Origin: Botryllus schlosseri
Lineage: Eukaryota
Length of the DNA stretch: 64,000 nt
Direction of reading: 5' to 3'
NCBI GenBank assembly: GCA_051294905.1
Contig: CM119373.1
Coordinates: 3,784,001 to 3,848,000 of the forward strand
Below the pieces are notes generated by a model, which made no database searches, was not told where the DNA came from, and saw nothing but the letters and a program-made list of their open reading frames with translations. Position 1 is the stretch's first letter. Each line of letters opens with the position of its first letter. Below are positions 35,595 to 49,292 of the stretch, piece after piece. Position numbers and translations under genes: made by a program.

Positions 35595-38500
35595 ATTAGA
35601 CTGTTCTTATTGTGAACATGAGACTGTTCTTATTGTGAACATGACTGTTCTTATTGTGAACATGACTGTTCATATTGTGAACATGAGACCGTTCTTATTG
35701 TATACATTAGACTGTTCTTATTGTGAGCATGAGAATGTTCTTATTGTGAACATGACTGTTCTTATTATGAACATGAGACTGTTCTTATTGTGAACATGAC
35801 TGTTATTATTGTGAACATGAGACTGTTCTTATTGTGAACATGACTGTTCTTATTGTGAACATGACTGTTCATATTGTGAACATGAGACCGTTCTTATTGT
35901 ATACATTAGACTGTTCTTATTGTGAGCATGAGAATGTTCTTATTGTGAACATGACTGTTCTTATTATGAACATGAGACTGTTCTTATTGTGAACATGACT
36001 GTTATTATTGTGAACATGAGACTGTTCCTATTGTGAACATGACTGCTCTTATTGTGAACATGAGACTGTTCTTATTGTGAACATGACTGTTCTTATTGTG
36101 AACATGACTGTTCATATTGTGAACATGAGACCGTTCTTATTGTATACATTAGACTGTTCTTATTGTGAGCATGAGAATGTTCTTATTGTGAACATGACTG
36201 TTCTTATTATGAACATGAGACTGTTCTTATTGTGAACATGACTGTTATTATTGTGAACATGAGACTGTTCTTATTGTGAACATGACTGTTCTTATTGTGA
36301 ACATGACTGTTCATATTGTGAACATGAGACCGTTCTTATTGTATACATTAGACTGTTCTTATTGTGAGCATGAGAATGTTCTTATTGTGAACATGACTGT
36401 TCTTATTATGAACATGAGACTGTTCTTATTGTGAACATGACTGTTATTATTGTGAACATGAGACTGTTCCTATTGTGAACATGACTGCTCTTATTGTGAA
36501 CATGAGACTGTTCTTATTGTGAACATGACTGTTATTATTGTGAACATGAGACTGTTCCTATTGTGAATACAATTGCTCTTTTTGTGAAGATAAGACTATT
36601 CCTATTGTGAACATGACTGCTCTTATTGTGAAAATGAGACTGTTCTTATTGTGAACATGAGACTGTTCTTATTGTGAACATGACTGCTCTTATTGTGAAC
36701 ATGAGACTGTTCTTATTGTGAACATGAGACTGTTCTTATTGTGAACATGACTGCTCTTATTGTGAACATGAGACTGTTCTTATTGTGAACATAACTGCTC
36801 TTATTGTGAACATGAGACTGTTCTTATTGTGAACATGAGACTGTTCCTATTGTGAACATGACTGCTCTTATTGTGAACATGAGACTGTTCTTATTGTGAA
36901 CATGAGACTGTTCTTATTGTGAACATGAGACTGTTCTTATTGTGAACATGACTGCTCTTATTGTGAACATGAGACTGTTTTTATTGTGAACATAACTGCT
37001 CTTATTGTGAACATGAGACCGTTCTTATTGTGAACATGAGACTGTTCCTATTGTGAACATGACTGCTCTTATTGTGAACATGAGACTGTTCTTATTGTGA
37101 ACATGGCTGTTCTTATTGTGAACACGAGACTGATCCTATTTTAAACATGGCAGACCCTGTTGTGAATTGGCGACCCAGTCCGACCATACCTCAGACATCG
37201 TGTCTGGGGTATCTTCGGACTGCATTGACACTCGAACATCATGTCTGGAGTGTTCGGATATCATGACTGAGGTGTCTCCGCACTGCGTTGCCAATCGGAA
37301 ATCATGTTCGGACATCATGCCCCGGCCTGTGTTCCAACATCAAGTCTGGGGTGTGTTCATAAAATCATGTTTGGGGTGTCTCCGGACTGCAAAGACACTA
37401 TGGCATCATGTCTGCGGCGTGGCGAGTGCGAACATCGTGTCTAGAGGGTGTTCGGACTGCGTTTGGCACTTAGACATCATGTCTGGGGTGTGTTCGGACT
37501 GTGTTGTCAATCGGAAATCGTGTTCGGTCATCATGTTAGGAGTGTGTTCGGACTGCGTTGACACTCGGACATCATGTCTGGAGGGGGGGGGGGGGTGTTC
37601 GGACATCATGTCTGGGGTGTGTCTGGGGGTGTTCAGACATCATGTCTGGGGGGTGTCTGGGGGGTGTTCGGTCATCATGTCAGGGGTGTGTTAGGACTGC
37701 GTTGACACTCGGATATCGTGTCTGGGGGTGTTTGGACATCATGTCTGGGTGTGTTAGGACTGCGTTGACACTCGGACATCTTGTCTGGGGGTGTTCGGAC
37801 ATCATGTCAGGAGTGTGTGTTCGGACTGCGTTGACACTCGGACATCGTGTATGGGGGGTGTTCGAACATCATGTCTGGGGGGTGTTCGGACATCATGTCT
37901 GGGGTGTGTTAGGACTGCGTTGACACTCGGACATCGTGTCTGGGGGTGTTCGGACATCATGTCTGGGTTGTGTTCGGACTATATTGCCACTCGGACATCG
38001 TGTCCGGGGGATATCTTGGTGCTGCGACTGATGTTATTGTGAATACAACGACTGTTCTTATTGTATACATGAGACTGCTCTTATTGTGAACATGACTATT
38101 CTTATTGTGAACATGAGACTGTTCTTATTGCATACATCAGATTGTTCTTATTGTGAACATGACTGTTCCTATTGTGAACATGAGACCGTTCTTATTGTAT
38201 ACATTAGACTGTTCTTATTGTGAACATGAGACTGTTCTTATTGTGAACATGACTGTTCATATTGTGAACATGAGACCGTTCTTATTGTATACATTAGACT
38301 GTTCTTTGTGTGAGCATGAGAATGTTCTTATTGTGAACATGACTGTTCTTATTGTGAACATGAGACTGTTCTTATTGTTAACATGACTGTTCATATTGTG
38401 AACATGAGACCGTTCTTATTGTATACATTAGACTGTTCTTATTGTGAACATGAGACTGTTCTTATTGTGAACATGACTGTTCATATTGTGAACATGAGAC

Positions 38501-40377
38501 CGTTCTTATTGTATACATTAGACTGTTCTTATTGTGAACATGAGACTGTTCTTATTGTGAACATGACTGTTCATATTGTGAACATGACTGTTCATATTGT
38601 GAACATGAGACCGTTCTTATTGTATACATTAGACTGTTCTTATTGTCAGCATGAGAATGTTCTTATTGTGAACATGACTGTTCTTATTGTGAACATGAGA
38701 CTGTTCTTATTGTATACATCAGACTGTTCGTATTGTGAACATGAGACTGTTCTTATTGTGAACATGGGACTGTTCTTATTGTATACATCAGACTGTTCTC
38801 ATTGTGAACATGACTGTTCTTATTGTGAACATGAGACCGTTCTTATTGTGAACATGAGACTGTTCTTATTGTGAACAAGATTGTTCTTATTGTGAACATG
38901 AGACTGTTCTTATTGTATACATCAGACCGTTTTTATTGTGAACATGACTGTTCCTATTGTGAACATGAGACTGTTCTTATTGTGAACATGAGACTGCTCT
39001 TATTGTATACATCAGACTGCTCTTATTGTGAACATGACTGTTCTTATTGTGAATATGAAACTGTTCTTATTGTGAACATGAGTGTTCTTATTGTGAACAT
39101 GAGACTGTTCTTATTGTGAACATGAGTGTTCTTATTGTGAACATGAGACCTATCTTATTGTGAACATGACTGTTCTTATTGTGAACATGAGACTGTTCTT
39201 ATTGGGAACAAGATTGTTCTTATTGTGAACATAATCGAACCAACCCTGTAGATTTTTCCTAATGAATTAAAAATTTCAATTGAAGATTGCACGGCCTTTA
39301 CTGGTTGGTATTGAGTCAAATTTGGTGTGCATCGTTTTCTTAGACAACCTATGCGTTTTGTATTTCAGCCCAAAAGTCCGGTAATGAAAAGTCTTCGTTC
39401 CGATGGCTGCGTCAAGAAATACGAACGCCACTCGCCAACATGATGAAGGTACTTCCGTAAGACTTTAATGGCTTTGTTTACGGAGAACCAGACTTGGAAA
39501 ACTAGATAATTAGACTAATCAAAGCGAAATGTCGGTAATCTGTATGTGCACACTGTACAGTAGGGCTGTTCAAAAAGAAACTTTTCTATTACATTTCACT
39601 GGCTACTTGATAAAATTGTTAGGTTGGTTAAAAAATAAACGCTGCACACCAACTTTGGCTACATTCCAATTCCAACCAGTAGAAGTGAGAAGCTTGCAGT
39701 AGAAAGTTCTGAATTTATCATAAAAAATAAAATTTCCAAATTTTTTTGTCAACCCCATAAAATTGTTAGGCTGTCAGTAGAGATGATGCACACCAAATGT
39801 GACTCCATTCCAACCACTCGAAGCGAAGTTATTGCTATAGAAAAATTAGGATTTGAGTAAAATAGTATTTACGGTGACTAACTCTTTAATTACTTATTAT
39901 AAAATCATGGAATTAGAAATTTTTCAACACCTTCGTTTATGGAGTGAACAATTAACCTGACTGTATGTGTGTACAGGAAATGAACAGACTTCCAGACGAT
40001 CTGCTGTCGACGGCATCGACAAGTCTCGAAACGTCTTGGTACAAAACCTCATTCGAGGAGATGATGAGATATCGGGACGTCCCTGTCAGCAATGACATTA
40101 CCGAAAAGTAATCCATTTTGTTTGTTGGGTTCTTGATAGTTTCATTCGAAATGCCGCAAGATTACGATACAGTGGGAGGAAGGAATAAAAATGTACTCTT
40201 ACATACCCACGTTGGCCTAGAACATGTGACTAAGAGGCAATCACACTAGAGTTGCTCACAAATATTTTGTTTTCAAATTTCGCTTGCTACTTCATGAAAT
40301 TGTGAGGATGTCTAAAAAACAATACATAAAAAATGTCGCAAATTTGGGCTTTCAAAAAAAAACAGGAACTACAGTGT

Positions 40378-40915
40378 AAAATTCTTTACTTATTAATTAC
40401 TAGGGCAAGTTTTTGCAGCGTTTGCAATTTTTTTTACAGCTTCCGACAGCTTCCTAGATACTCAGAATCTATGTACTAGGAAGTTTTAAGGTGTTTGGAG
40501 GGATTTTATAGTGCAACTTTTTGCATCTTTCTCTATTTTTCATGCCAATTTTTACAGCAACTTTTTATCAAATATTGCGTTAAAATGTGAATGAATGAGT
40601 TAAAAACGTATTATAAACTATTTCTAGTATGGTTCTTCATATGCAAAAATTCTTTACTTATTAATTACTAGGGCAAGTTTTTGCAGCGTTTGCAATTTTT
40701 TTTACAGCTTCCGACAGCTTCCTAGATACTCAGAATCTATGTACTAGGAAGTTTTAAGGTGTTTGGAGGGATTTTATAGTGCAACTTTTTGCATCTTTCT
40801 CTATTTTTCATGCCAATTTTTACAGCAACTTTTTATCAAATATTGCGTTAAAATGTGAATGAATGAGTTAAAAACGTATTATAAACTATTTCTAGTATGG
40901 CTCTTCATTTGCAAA
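40378..40915 (+). repeat. 268-bp tandem duplication in PDK intron
   Basis: ATTCTTTACTTATTAATTACTAGGG... at 40381 and 40649, near-identical. Confidence 0.9.
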
Positions 40916-41924
40916 ACAAAGAGCTATATGACGGGTTAGCTGCATCTGACTGTTATCTATGACACAATGGCTTGCCAGCAACAACTTCAACTACCCCTGC
41001 CAAGCACGACCCTGCCCGAACAATACCGTATGTAAATAGATCGCTTTATTAATTCTGTCATTCAAATTTCACGAGCACCCAGGCAAAACTGCATTAAGTT
41101 TTCACTGAGTCCTCATTTTCAGGCTATTTCATTTGTTTTAGTTACAGTTTTTCTGTCATGCTTAGGGTCAAGTTTGCAGACCTAGGGGATTTGGGGTCTG
41201 TTATTTGACTTGTGTTAGGGGAGGGGTTATCGCTATTTGTGATGTTTCCGTAATTTTCTTGCTATGTGCCCGAAAAAAAAATGTAATTTTGAGCGGTTTC
41301 GCCAGACCGTGTGTTAAATGGCAATAAAGTAACAAAGTTGATAGCTATGCAAGAAGTAGGTTATTGAACAGAACCTTTCAATTATCTCATACCCTAATAA
41401 TTCAACAAATATTGTAAATGCAACTGGTGTTAAAATTAAATGCAACTTTCTTGCGATTTTATTGCAACAAAAACTTGCCCTATTAATTACATAACTGCCC
41501 ACCGTATATACTATTATTTCAAGGCCGAAATTTTGTACTCAATAACTCTGCGTCTACCGGATGGCATTGAGTAAAATGATGAAATCGGAACAATTCCTTC
41601 CTTCCTAGCTTTACGGAAACGCTTCGTAATATCGTTGTGCGGCATCGCAACGTCGTCGAAACCATGGCTTTCGGTATCATGGAGTGGACCGAAAAAATGT
41701 CGCGTGAGTCGATTGCTGTTCTCATTTGTGTCAGGATTTCGTGTTGGAGTCGATATGTTGCCAGGCAAAAAGAAGGTTTTCTCCGAAACGGATAAAGAAA
41801 ACATCCAGCATTTTCTCGACCGTTTTTACACAAGCCGCATCGGGATTCGACTTCTCATATACCAACACGGTAATATTGCGAAATTCTTTTTCGCGTTACA
41901 TGCTTCTGAAAACTGCATGATTTG

Positions 41925-42475
41925 CAAAGAACTAGAGCTGCTCACTTTTCAAGGCTCGCAGCTAGAATGAGGACTCCTCACTTTGAAAAACGTGTATTTG
42001 GAACCAGAACTACACACTTCTCAATATTCGCAACTAGAACAAGAATTACTCACTTTTCAAAACTTCCAGCCAGAAATAAACCTAATGACACTCGCTTTTG
42101 AAAATCCACAACTCGAACTAGAGCTACTCGCTTATCAAAACTCACAGCTAGAATGAGAACTACTCACTTTGAAAAACGTGTAAATGGAACTAGAACTACA
42201 AACTTTTCAATATTCGCAACAAGAACTACTCAGTTGTCAAAACCAGCTAGAACTAGACTTAAATGACACTCGCCTTTGGAAATCCGCAACTAGAACTAGA
42301 GCTACTCACTTTTCAAAACTCACAACTAGAACTAGAACTGCTCACTTTTCAAGTCCTCTAATTGGAGCTAGAACTTTAGCTACTCATTTTCAAAACTCCC
42401 AAATATAAATAGACCTAATGGCAGTCACTTTTCAAAACTCGCAGCTAGAACTTCTGGGTACTAACTTTTCAAATA
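41925..42475 (+). repeat. Degenerate about 30-bp minisatellite in PDK intron
   Basis: Recurrent CTAGAACTA(C/G)...CTCACTTTTCAAAA units. Confidence 0.8.
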
Positions 42476-43466
42476 TGAAAATGACTCAAACAACAATTAG
42501 TTAACCGTCAAGGCGTCAACTAACTAGATGGTAGGTTGTACAAGTCTGACCGATTCTATGGTTGCCAGTTCTGCTATTTGGCGACTCTGCTGACCGCGAA
42601 CCGAATCTGTACGGCTCGATCGATCCCAATTGCGATGTTGGCTGCGTCGTGCAAGAAGCTTATGGCAACGCTAAATTCCTATGCGAGCAATATTATCTCG
42701 AAGCGCCAGAAGTGAAAATGCATGTTCATAACGGTGAGATTTTCAAGCATTTTACGTTCTTCTTTTGGTAATCTTGCCCCAATTTCAGTTGTGAACGAGC
42801 ACGATCCAACTGTGAACATTATCTACTGTCCGTCGCATCTATATCATGTGTGCTTCGAACTTTTCAAGGTGGGTTGAGATTACTGGTAATCAGATTTCTG
42901 GTTTTCTGAAAATGCTACAGGAGAACTGTATTGTGCAAAACGAGCCAAGCTTGCTGTTTTGTGAATTGAATCATAATTTGGAAAAAAAACTGTAGCTATC
43001 ATTCTGCAGCATAGCGAGAGAAACTAATAGCTACGCCCGTCAGGGCGTAGTATAGAGTTTCCGCGATGAATCCAACAAAGGATCTTCGTTCGTAAGCTGT
43101 CGTAGGCGGGCTTAACACTACCGACAAGAATCCAAAGGTTGGGTGTTTTGGGTAGATATCGTGTAACATAAAATCTGGGAATAATTTGCAAAAAACTGTG
43201 GCTATCACTCTGCAGATTTGTTCAGAATGCCATGCGGGCGACCATGGAATTCCACCCTGACCACGCCAGCGATGTGCCCCATGATCGACGTCCTGGTCAC
43301 GAAAGGTCACGACGACTATTGCATGAAAGTATCTGACCGAGGGGGCGAGGCTTCCAGGGAGAAGCGACAGCGTTGGTTCGAGTATCTTTACAGTACAGGC
43401 CCACGACCATCGGGGGGGGGGGATGCGTCGCGTGTGGCCCCTCTGGTAAGAGATTGGTTCTTACCG

Positions 43467-44971
43467 CAGGGTTATAAACAAGTCACAAGGTCCCGAGTCA
43501 CAAATCAATCTCAATTTTATAGTTTTGACTCGAGTGTAGTCGACTCATTTTCAGTTCACCACCGAGTCAAGTCCGAGTCCAGGTTCCGGAGTAGAGCGTC
43601 GAGTCCGAGTCATAGTGTTTTGACTCGAGTCCAAGTTATTGTGTTGACTGTTCAGTTTTGAGTTAATGTCATGGGAAACCCACTTTTTACAACTCGGCTT
43701 GGTGATATCGAATGCTTCACATTTACAATATACTAATATTCCTCACTTTCAACAGTTTCTGGTAGCATTTTCAGGTGCCAGTACTGACAGACGAAATAAC
43801 AATAGTGTGATAACATTACTATTCTTCGAAATTTCAATGCTATGTCTGTCTTGGTAGACGCAGTCTCGAGTCAACCGCAATGACTCGAGTACGAGTCGAT
43901 ACAGAAATTTACACGAGTTGAGTCATTTCCATTTTTAAGAAACTGACTCGCAGTGTTGGGATGACTCGAGTCATGACTTGACTCGAGTCAGACTCGAGTC
44001 ACCTTTTTCGCATGACTTGACTTGACTCGAGTCACTTTGCTGAAATGACTTGACTTGACTTGACTCGGCGTATCAGAAATGTGGATTGACTCGTGACTCG
44101 GACCAAAATTCACGAGTCAATTTCAAGTCAGCAAGTAATCGGTGTGGATAAAAACATATATTGCATATATTCGGATTGTTCGCGAAACGCTGGTGTAACC
44201 CGTGAGAACGAATAATCATTCAAATGTTGTGCGTTTCACTGAGTGTCGATTGTTCTCTCACAAATAAATTGACCGCAAACGAAGTGATCGATGCTTACAG
44301 CTTACGTTGTCGTAACTCGAGTAGTAAAGTAATAAAATAGCGAAATTTCTGTTCTCTGTTCTTACCTTAACCAAACCTCTTGTCTTATTGAAATCGAATA
44401 TAGTTAAAATAGTTCTCAACCATTGGCGCAGGCTCGAATTGTATCATCAATTGGTAAATGGGTAACGTGTTGCATCTTATCAATTCGTTTGTCTATTCTC
44501 TATTTTGGCTGGTAACTTTAAACTGAGGCTATGCAAATACGAGGTTCAACAGTTCTACGTATATGTGAGCGATACAGTGTCTTCTTGCGAGTATATTCAA
44601 CTATATATTCGTTCATCTGTTAGGAATTAATGACCACTCAATCTGTATTTCAGACATCTAGCAAATTGCAATGACGTAATCATGCCTCATATTTCGAAAA
44701 GGCAACTTGACTTGAAATGTGACTTGACTCGTGACTTGACTTGACTTGACTCGACTTGACTCGAGTCACCTCCAAAAATCGAGTGACTTGACTTGACTCG
44801 AGTCACCTTTGAAAATCGATTGACTTGACTTGACTCGAGTCAAACTGTGCAATGACTCGAAATGACTCGTGACTCGAAGGTAGTGACTTGATCCCAACAC
44901 TGCTGACTCGAGTCAAATCGAGTCACCAAAAAATCGCGACTCGAGTCATGACCCGAGGCATTGCAACCCTG
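43467..44971. mobile_element. CAGGGTT-family hAT MITE with nested CAGTGTTGGGAT element
   Basis: Ends CAGGGTTATAA / TTGCAACCCTG; same subterminal repeats as 774-2832. Confidence 0.7.
43951..44902. mobile_element. CAGTGTTGGGAT-family non-autonomous hAT (952 bp)
   Basis: 12-bp TIRs; exact TSD CTGACTCG (43943-43950, 44903-44910). Confidence 0.9.
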
Positions 44972-46394
44972 GTTCTTAATATAGATGACTAACCTAACCA
45001 AACAATCCGAATTGCGATTAACTTGAAACTGAATTTGTAGCTTGCATAATGGAGCCATGAAAATTCCTGTTTTGCACCATTACATTAATTCATACCAACT
45101 GCATAGTAGAATACTAAAAAACTTGACAACTTGAGCACATACATAGAGAGAGGCGTCGGATCATCGATAACTAATCTATGGATTGACGCGAATACGGGAA
45201 CGCCAAAGTAGGACATTGTATTACTACTGGAACCCGCTGTTGGAAACAATAGCAATTTTCAACTGTTTTGGGGGTTTGTTGCAGTGTCTCTAGTCAGTCG
45301 TGACTAGAGCACAAGTCAAGTCAATACACTATTGCCTCAAGTTGACCTGCGTCATAATTTTAAATACACAAAATGACTCGACCTGACTTGAGTCAAAACT
45401 ATAAAAGTATAGGTTTGACTTGTGTCTTAGAACACGAGCGTTCGAACTAGAGTAGTGTTCATTCCGCCCTACAACTATGCACTCCGTCTTTTATACATAT
45501 CGGTTACTTTTATATTTTATTGCCTTTTATGTACAGCGCCCTAGTGTAGTAATGATATATTTTTATATTCGACGCTCTATAAATTATTATATTATTAATA
45601 TTAGTATGACTTATTCACAGCCCCGATCAGTGCGACACTAGCTGTCTTTCAAAATCACTTTAAATACGGTAAATTTTGCGCTTGGTCCGCAAGCTACAAC
45701 ATTACTTTGTCTGTTTACGAAGCCATCAGAAATTGCAAGCCCAATCTGGTCACGTATTTCGCTTTTATCTGTAGATTAGTTTTCTGTAGTTCATTGATTT
45801 TTGTTGCATTTCCTTCTAATTGGGGATTCAATTGAATTTCCAATTTTTGGACTTCGTTAACTCTAATTCTGATCTAATTTTGAAAAGCTGACACGTTGTT
45901 GTCCAAAACTGTCCGTTAGCTAGGTTAGCTATCTATGATGCATCTGAAAGCGGAGGGATAAATACCATCTCTTTCCAGGCTGGTTATGGTTACGGTCTTC
46001 CCCTTTCGAGATTATACGCCAGATATCTCGGCGGCGACTTAGAGATTCAATCCATCGACGGCTTCGGAACAGACACCTACAATTATCTGCGAGTAAGCTT
46101 ACCGGATCCGTACATTAGGGCTGTTCAAAATGTTTTTGTTTTTTTAAAATTTGACTGGCTACTTGTTAAAATTGTAAGGTTTTCCTAAATAAAAACGCTG
46201 CACATCCATGTTGGCTCAATTCCAACCTATAAACTATTCCTGTATAAGAAAAAAAGTTTTGGATATCTATAATAGAATTCTTATATTCGTGTTTTTTGAA
46301 TAAATTCAAAACTTTTTTTTACATAGCAATGCCTATATAGGTTGGAATTTAACCAAAATTGGTGTGCAGTGTTTTTTCGGCAATCTAATAATCT

Positions 46395-47397
46395 GGGTTG
46401 CCATAACGTCCTTATTTCTAAGATTTGTCCTTATTTTTGAGGGCCACGTCTTAGAAAACTCGGCTGTCCTTATTTCTAAGAAATGTCCTTCTTTTCGACT
46501 TGCGTCCTCATTTTGTCTTATTTTCAACTAGGTACAGAACTTGGATCGTTTTCCTCTGGTATCTGTGTTCCATAACAATCTAAAATTATGCTTTTGCGTC
46601 GATATTTTATGACATCATAAATGAAAGAAACTCCCGTGGCGTACACGCCACAGGATTTGACTTCTAAGTGGTGAGATAGCTAGGGCAGTGGGTGGTATAG
46701 TAGTTTCGGCTGTATCAAGCTATCGCAACGGACGTCATTTTAGTAGTAAACAGCAGCACCAGGTTTCTGCCGTCGGGGAAGGCAGCATTTACTGCTTACT
46801 GGAAAAGGGCGCAGTGAAGTCGACACTTGGCTTAAAAAGTAGTAAGGCAATTAAGCATTGATAAATTTATCTAAATTCTATTGCACATATTGTTTCAAAT
46901 ACTAATAAGGCTAAATCTGTTTAGTTAAAAAGAGCAGGCGTAAAAACGTTTTTCGTGACGATTATGAGAGAGAATTCAGAGGTAGGCCTATCAAAGGAAG
47001 CTTGGCGGGCGAGTGTTTCGCACATTGCAATATCTGCGATTGTGACATTAACGTGGAGGCCATAGGAAAGACCGCTATTTCAACTCACATGGATACCCCA
47101 AAATACAAGAAGTGTATCTTAATCGTTGATTCCAACCAGTCGATGAATAGTTTTTTCACAAGTCGATTAACACCAACGACCACAGACTACTAGGCAGCTG
47201 CTGCTGAGGGTACTGGGCATTCCATACTGTCAAACACCAGCAATCATTCCTCTACAACGATTGCGCATCGCAATTGTTCAAAGCAATATTCCCAGATTCC
47301 AGCATCGCAAAGAAGTTTGCTTCGGCCAGGACCAAGACCACAAGCATTGTTACTGGAGTTCTTGCTCCATAGGCTCAAAAAATGATTTTGTCTATAC
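46395..47397 (+). mobile_element. 5' part of a Blackjack-like hAT with decayed transposase N-terminus
   Basis: GGGTTGCCATAACGTCC end with GTCCTTATTT repeats; peptides FAHCNICDCDINV...H and FHTVKHQQSF..NDC..LFKAIFPDSSIAKKFASARTKT. Cut at 47398 by a CAGGGGTTCTCA Buster-type end. Confidence 0.6.
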
Positions 47398-48589
47398 CAG
47401 GGGTTCTCAGCCCTTTCTTGGCCGTGGCCCATTTTCCGATTTGAAAATGTGCTGTGGCCCACCTGATATCTTGGAGACCCGGTCATGCCCGGTGAGGGTT
47501 ATAAATGTCGACACATCTCCTGCATAGGTTGCCTTTGGGGATATATTCCTCTAAATCCTCTAAATCTAAATGAGACATTTAGAGAAAATCAGTAAACTTT
47601 TAGAGCAATCGAAAATCGCCCATGCATTCCTTACGGCTATAAGGGCGACAATTTAGTTAGTGCTTAGAGCGCGTGTTAGATATTGTCGACCAATGATTAC
47701 ATTGCGGGTAATTACCTTTGTCGGGCGCCGTTTCGCTGTGATCCTATCGTGCAACGCCTCACATTGCAATTCAATAGCTTATTTAACGTATAAAATCATA
47801 AGAGCCTCACGAGACGTGGAGCGAGCGAAGCGTAGCGACACGTCGCCATTCACCAATAAGGATCCCTATCGCACGACATACAGCAATGTATATAACACTT
47901 AGATAGTTATCGGGTTCGCTTTCTCGGTAAGAATGAAATGCAATGGTATATTATATAATAATAAGGGTTAGTTCAAGTTAGCATCACGTAGTGAATGAAA
48001 TAAAGCGACAAACTTTGTATTGCATACATTGGCTATTGTATAGGTTACTCCCGGTCTAGTACCGTAGCGTTCATATCGATACTACGGTAAGACATAGCCA
48101 TCTTATATTACGCTTAGTACTCGTTAAATGTGGTAGTCGTTGCGCTAACCGTGCCATTAGTTTAAACTATTACATGCGTATGTAAGTAGTGGATGACACG
48201 GCTGCAACTTGATTTAATGACTACTATAGTGCAATACACCCACCAATATCATTGTACTTTATATACACTTAGTCAATTTACGCTACTTGTGGATGACTAT
48301 TGGCATATTTGTCAGATGAATTGACTCGGGTCTCTTTGCAAAAATGAATATACTTGAACGGGCTTTACTATGCGCTTCTACAATACATAAAGACTCAATA
48401 CTATAATATCCATATAAAAGAGTCTATCTCCAGTCCTTAAAGGGACTCCACACTCGAGTCAAGTCTAGCCCTTTTCAAGGATGTTCTATCGCACGACATA
48501 CATGAATATATTTGATCGTATGGTATTCATGCATATGACGGTTACATAGGTATCGGGTTCGTTTCTCTGGTAACAATTAAAGTTAATGG

Positions 48590-49292
48590 CACGTTGCGAC
48601 ACGTCTCCACCCATCAAAAAGGATGGGCAATACCGAGCAAACCATTACCGAGAATGCAATTATAGAGAATGGACATTACCGAGAATGGACATCATCGTGA
48701 ATAGACAATACAGATTATGGACACCACCGAGAATGGACAGTACCTAGAATGGACAATACATAGAATGGACATTACCGAGAATTGACACCATCGAGAAATG
48801 ACATTACAAAGAAAGGAGATTACCGAAAATGTACATCACCGAGTATAGACATTACCGAGAATGGCCAATGCAGGGATATGTATTGCATACTAGTAGAACA
48901 CAGATGCATTGAATTGTCAATTGACGTATAATAACAGCTTAAAATGATGAGACGTGGCGGGAGCGGAGCGTAGTGACACGTCGACCTTCATCGATAAGGA
49001 TGGGCACGTGCCAATACCGAGCAAACCGTTACCGATAATGCAAATATTGAGAATGGAATTACCGAGAATGGGCACCACCATGAATAGACAATACCGATTA
49101 TGGACACGACCGAGAATGGACAATACCGAGAATGGACAATACCGAGAATGGACACCACCGAGAATGGACAATACATAGAATGGACATTACCGAGAATTGA
49201 CACCATCGAGAAAGTACGTTACCAAGAACGGAGATTACCGAAAATGGACATCGCCGAATATGGACTTGACCGAGAATGTCCAATGCGGACAA
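48590..49292 (+). repeat. Two blocks of 18-21-bp GGACA(T/C/A)(T/C)ACCGAGAAT tandem repeats (about 400-bp duplication)
   Basis: Blocks about 48625-48870 and 49010-49290 have the same repeat order. Confidence 0.85.

Larger units (their letters stand above)
30037..39248 (-). repeat. Composite satellite: 21/23-bp arrays alternating with GC-rich GTGTTCGGACATCATGTCTGGGG blocks in about 2.8-kb higher-order units
   Basis: Unit head TGGTGCTGCGACTGA at about 30046, 32875 and 38017; GC blocks about 31985-32866 and 37165-38007 are near-identical; array ends ...GAACATAATCGAACCAACCCTG (39248). Confidence 0.95.
39369..46092 (+). pseudogene. PDK: Pyruvate dehydrogenase kinase, 8 GT-AG exons, apparent +1 frameshift; first and last exons not found
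   Basis: Exons: 39369-39448 (SSFRWLRQEIRTPLANMMK), 39977-40107 (EMNRLPDDLLST...SWY), 41609-41703 (RHRNVVETMA), 41765-41869 (FLDRFYTSRIGIRLLIYQH), 42569-42733 (GSIDPNCDV...AKFLCEQYY), 42789-42868 (YCPSHLYHVCFELFK), 43226-43445 (NAMRATME / KVSDRGG...YLYST...APL; extra C in CCCC at 43277-43280) and 45979-46092 ([21 protein letters not shown]...GFGTD). Confidence 0.9.

Noticed and set aside
30080..39230. CRISPR-like array or repeat proteins (ORFs 31988-32716, 37167-39119)
   Set aside because: Monomers are contiguous with no unique spacers and no cas genes, in eukaryotic context. The Cys-rich ORFs are by-products of stop-poor satellite frames.
41704..41734. 31-bp PDK intron
   Set aside because: The in-frame acceptor at 41764 gives a 61-bp intron, matching the neighbouring 55-bp intron and normal PDK length better.
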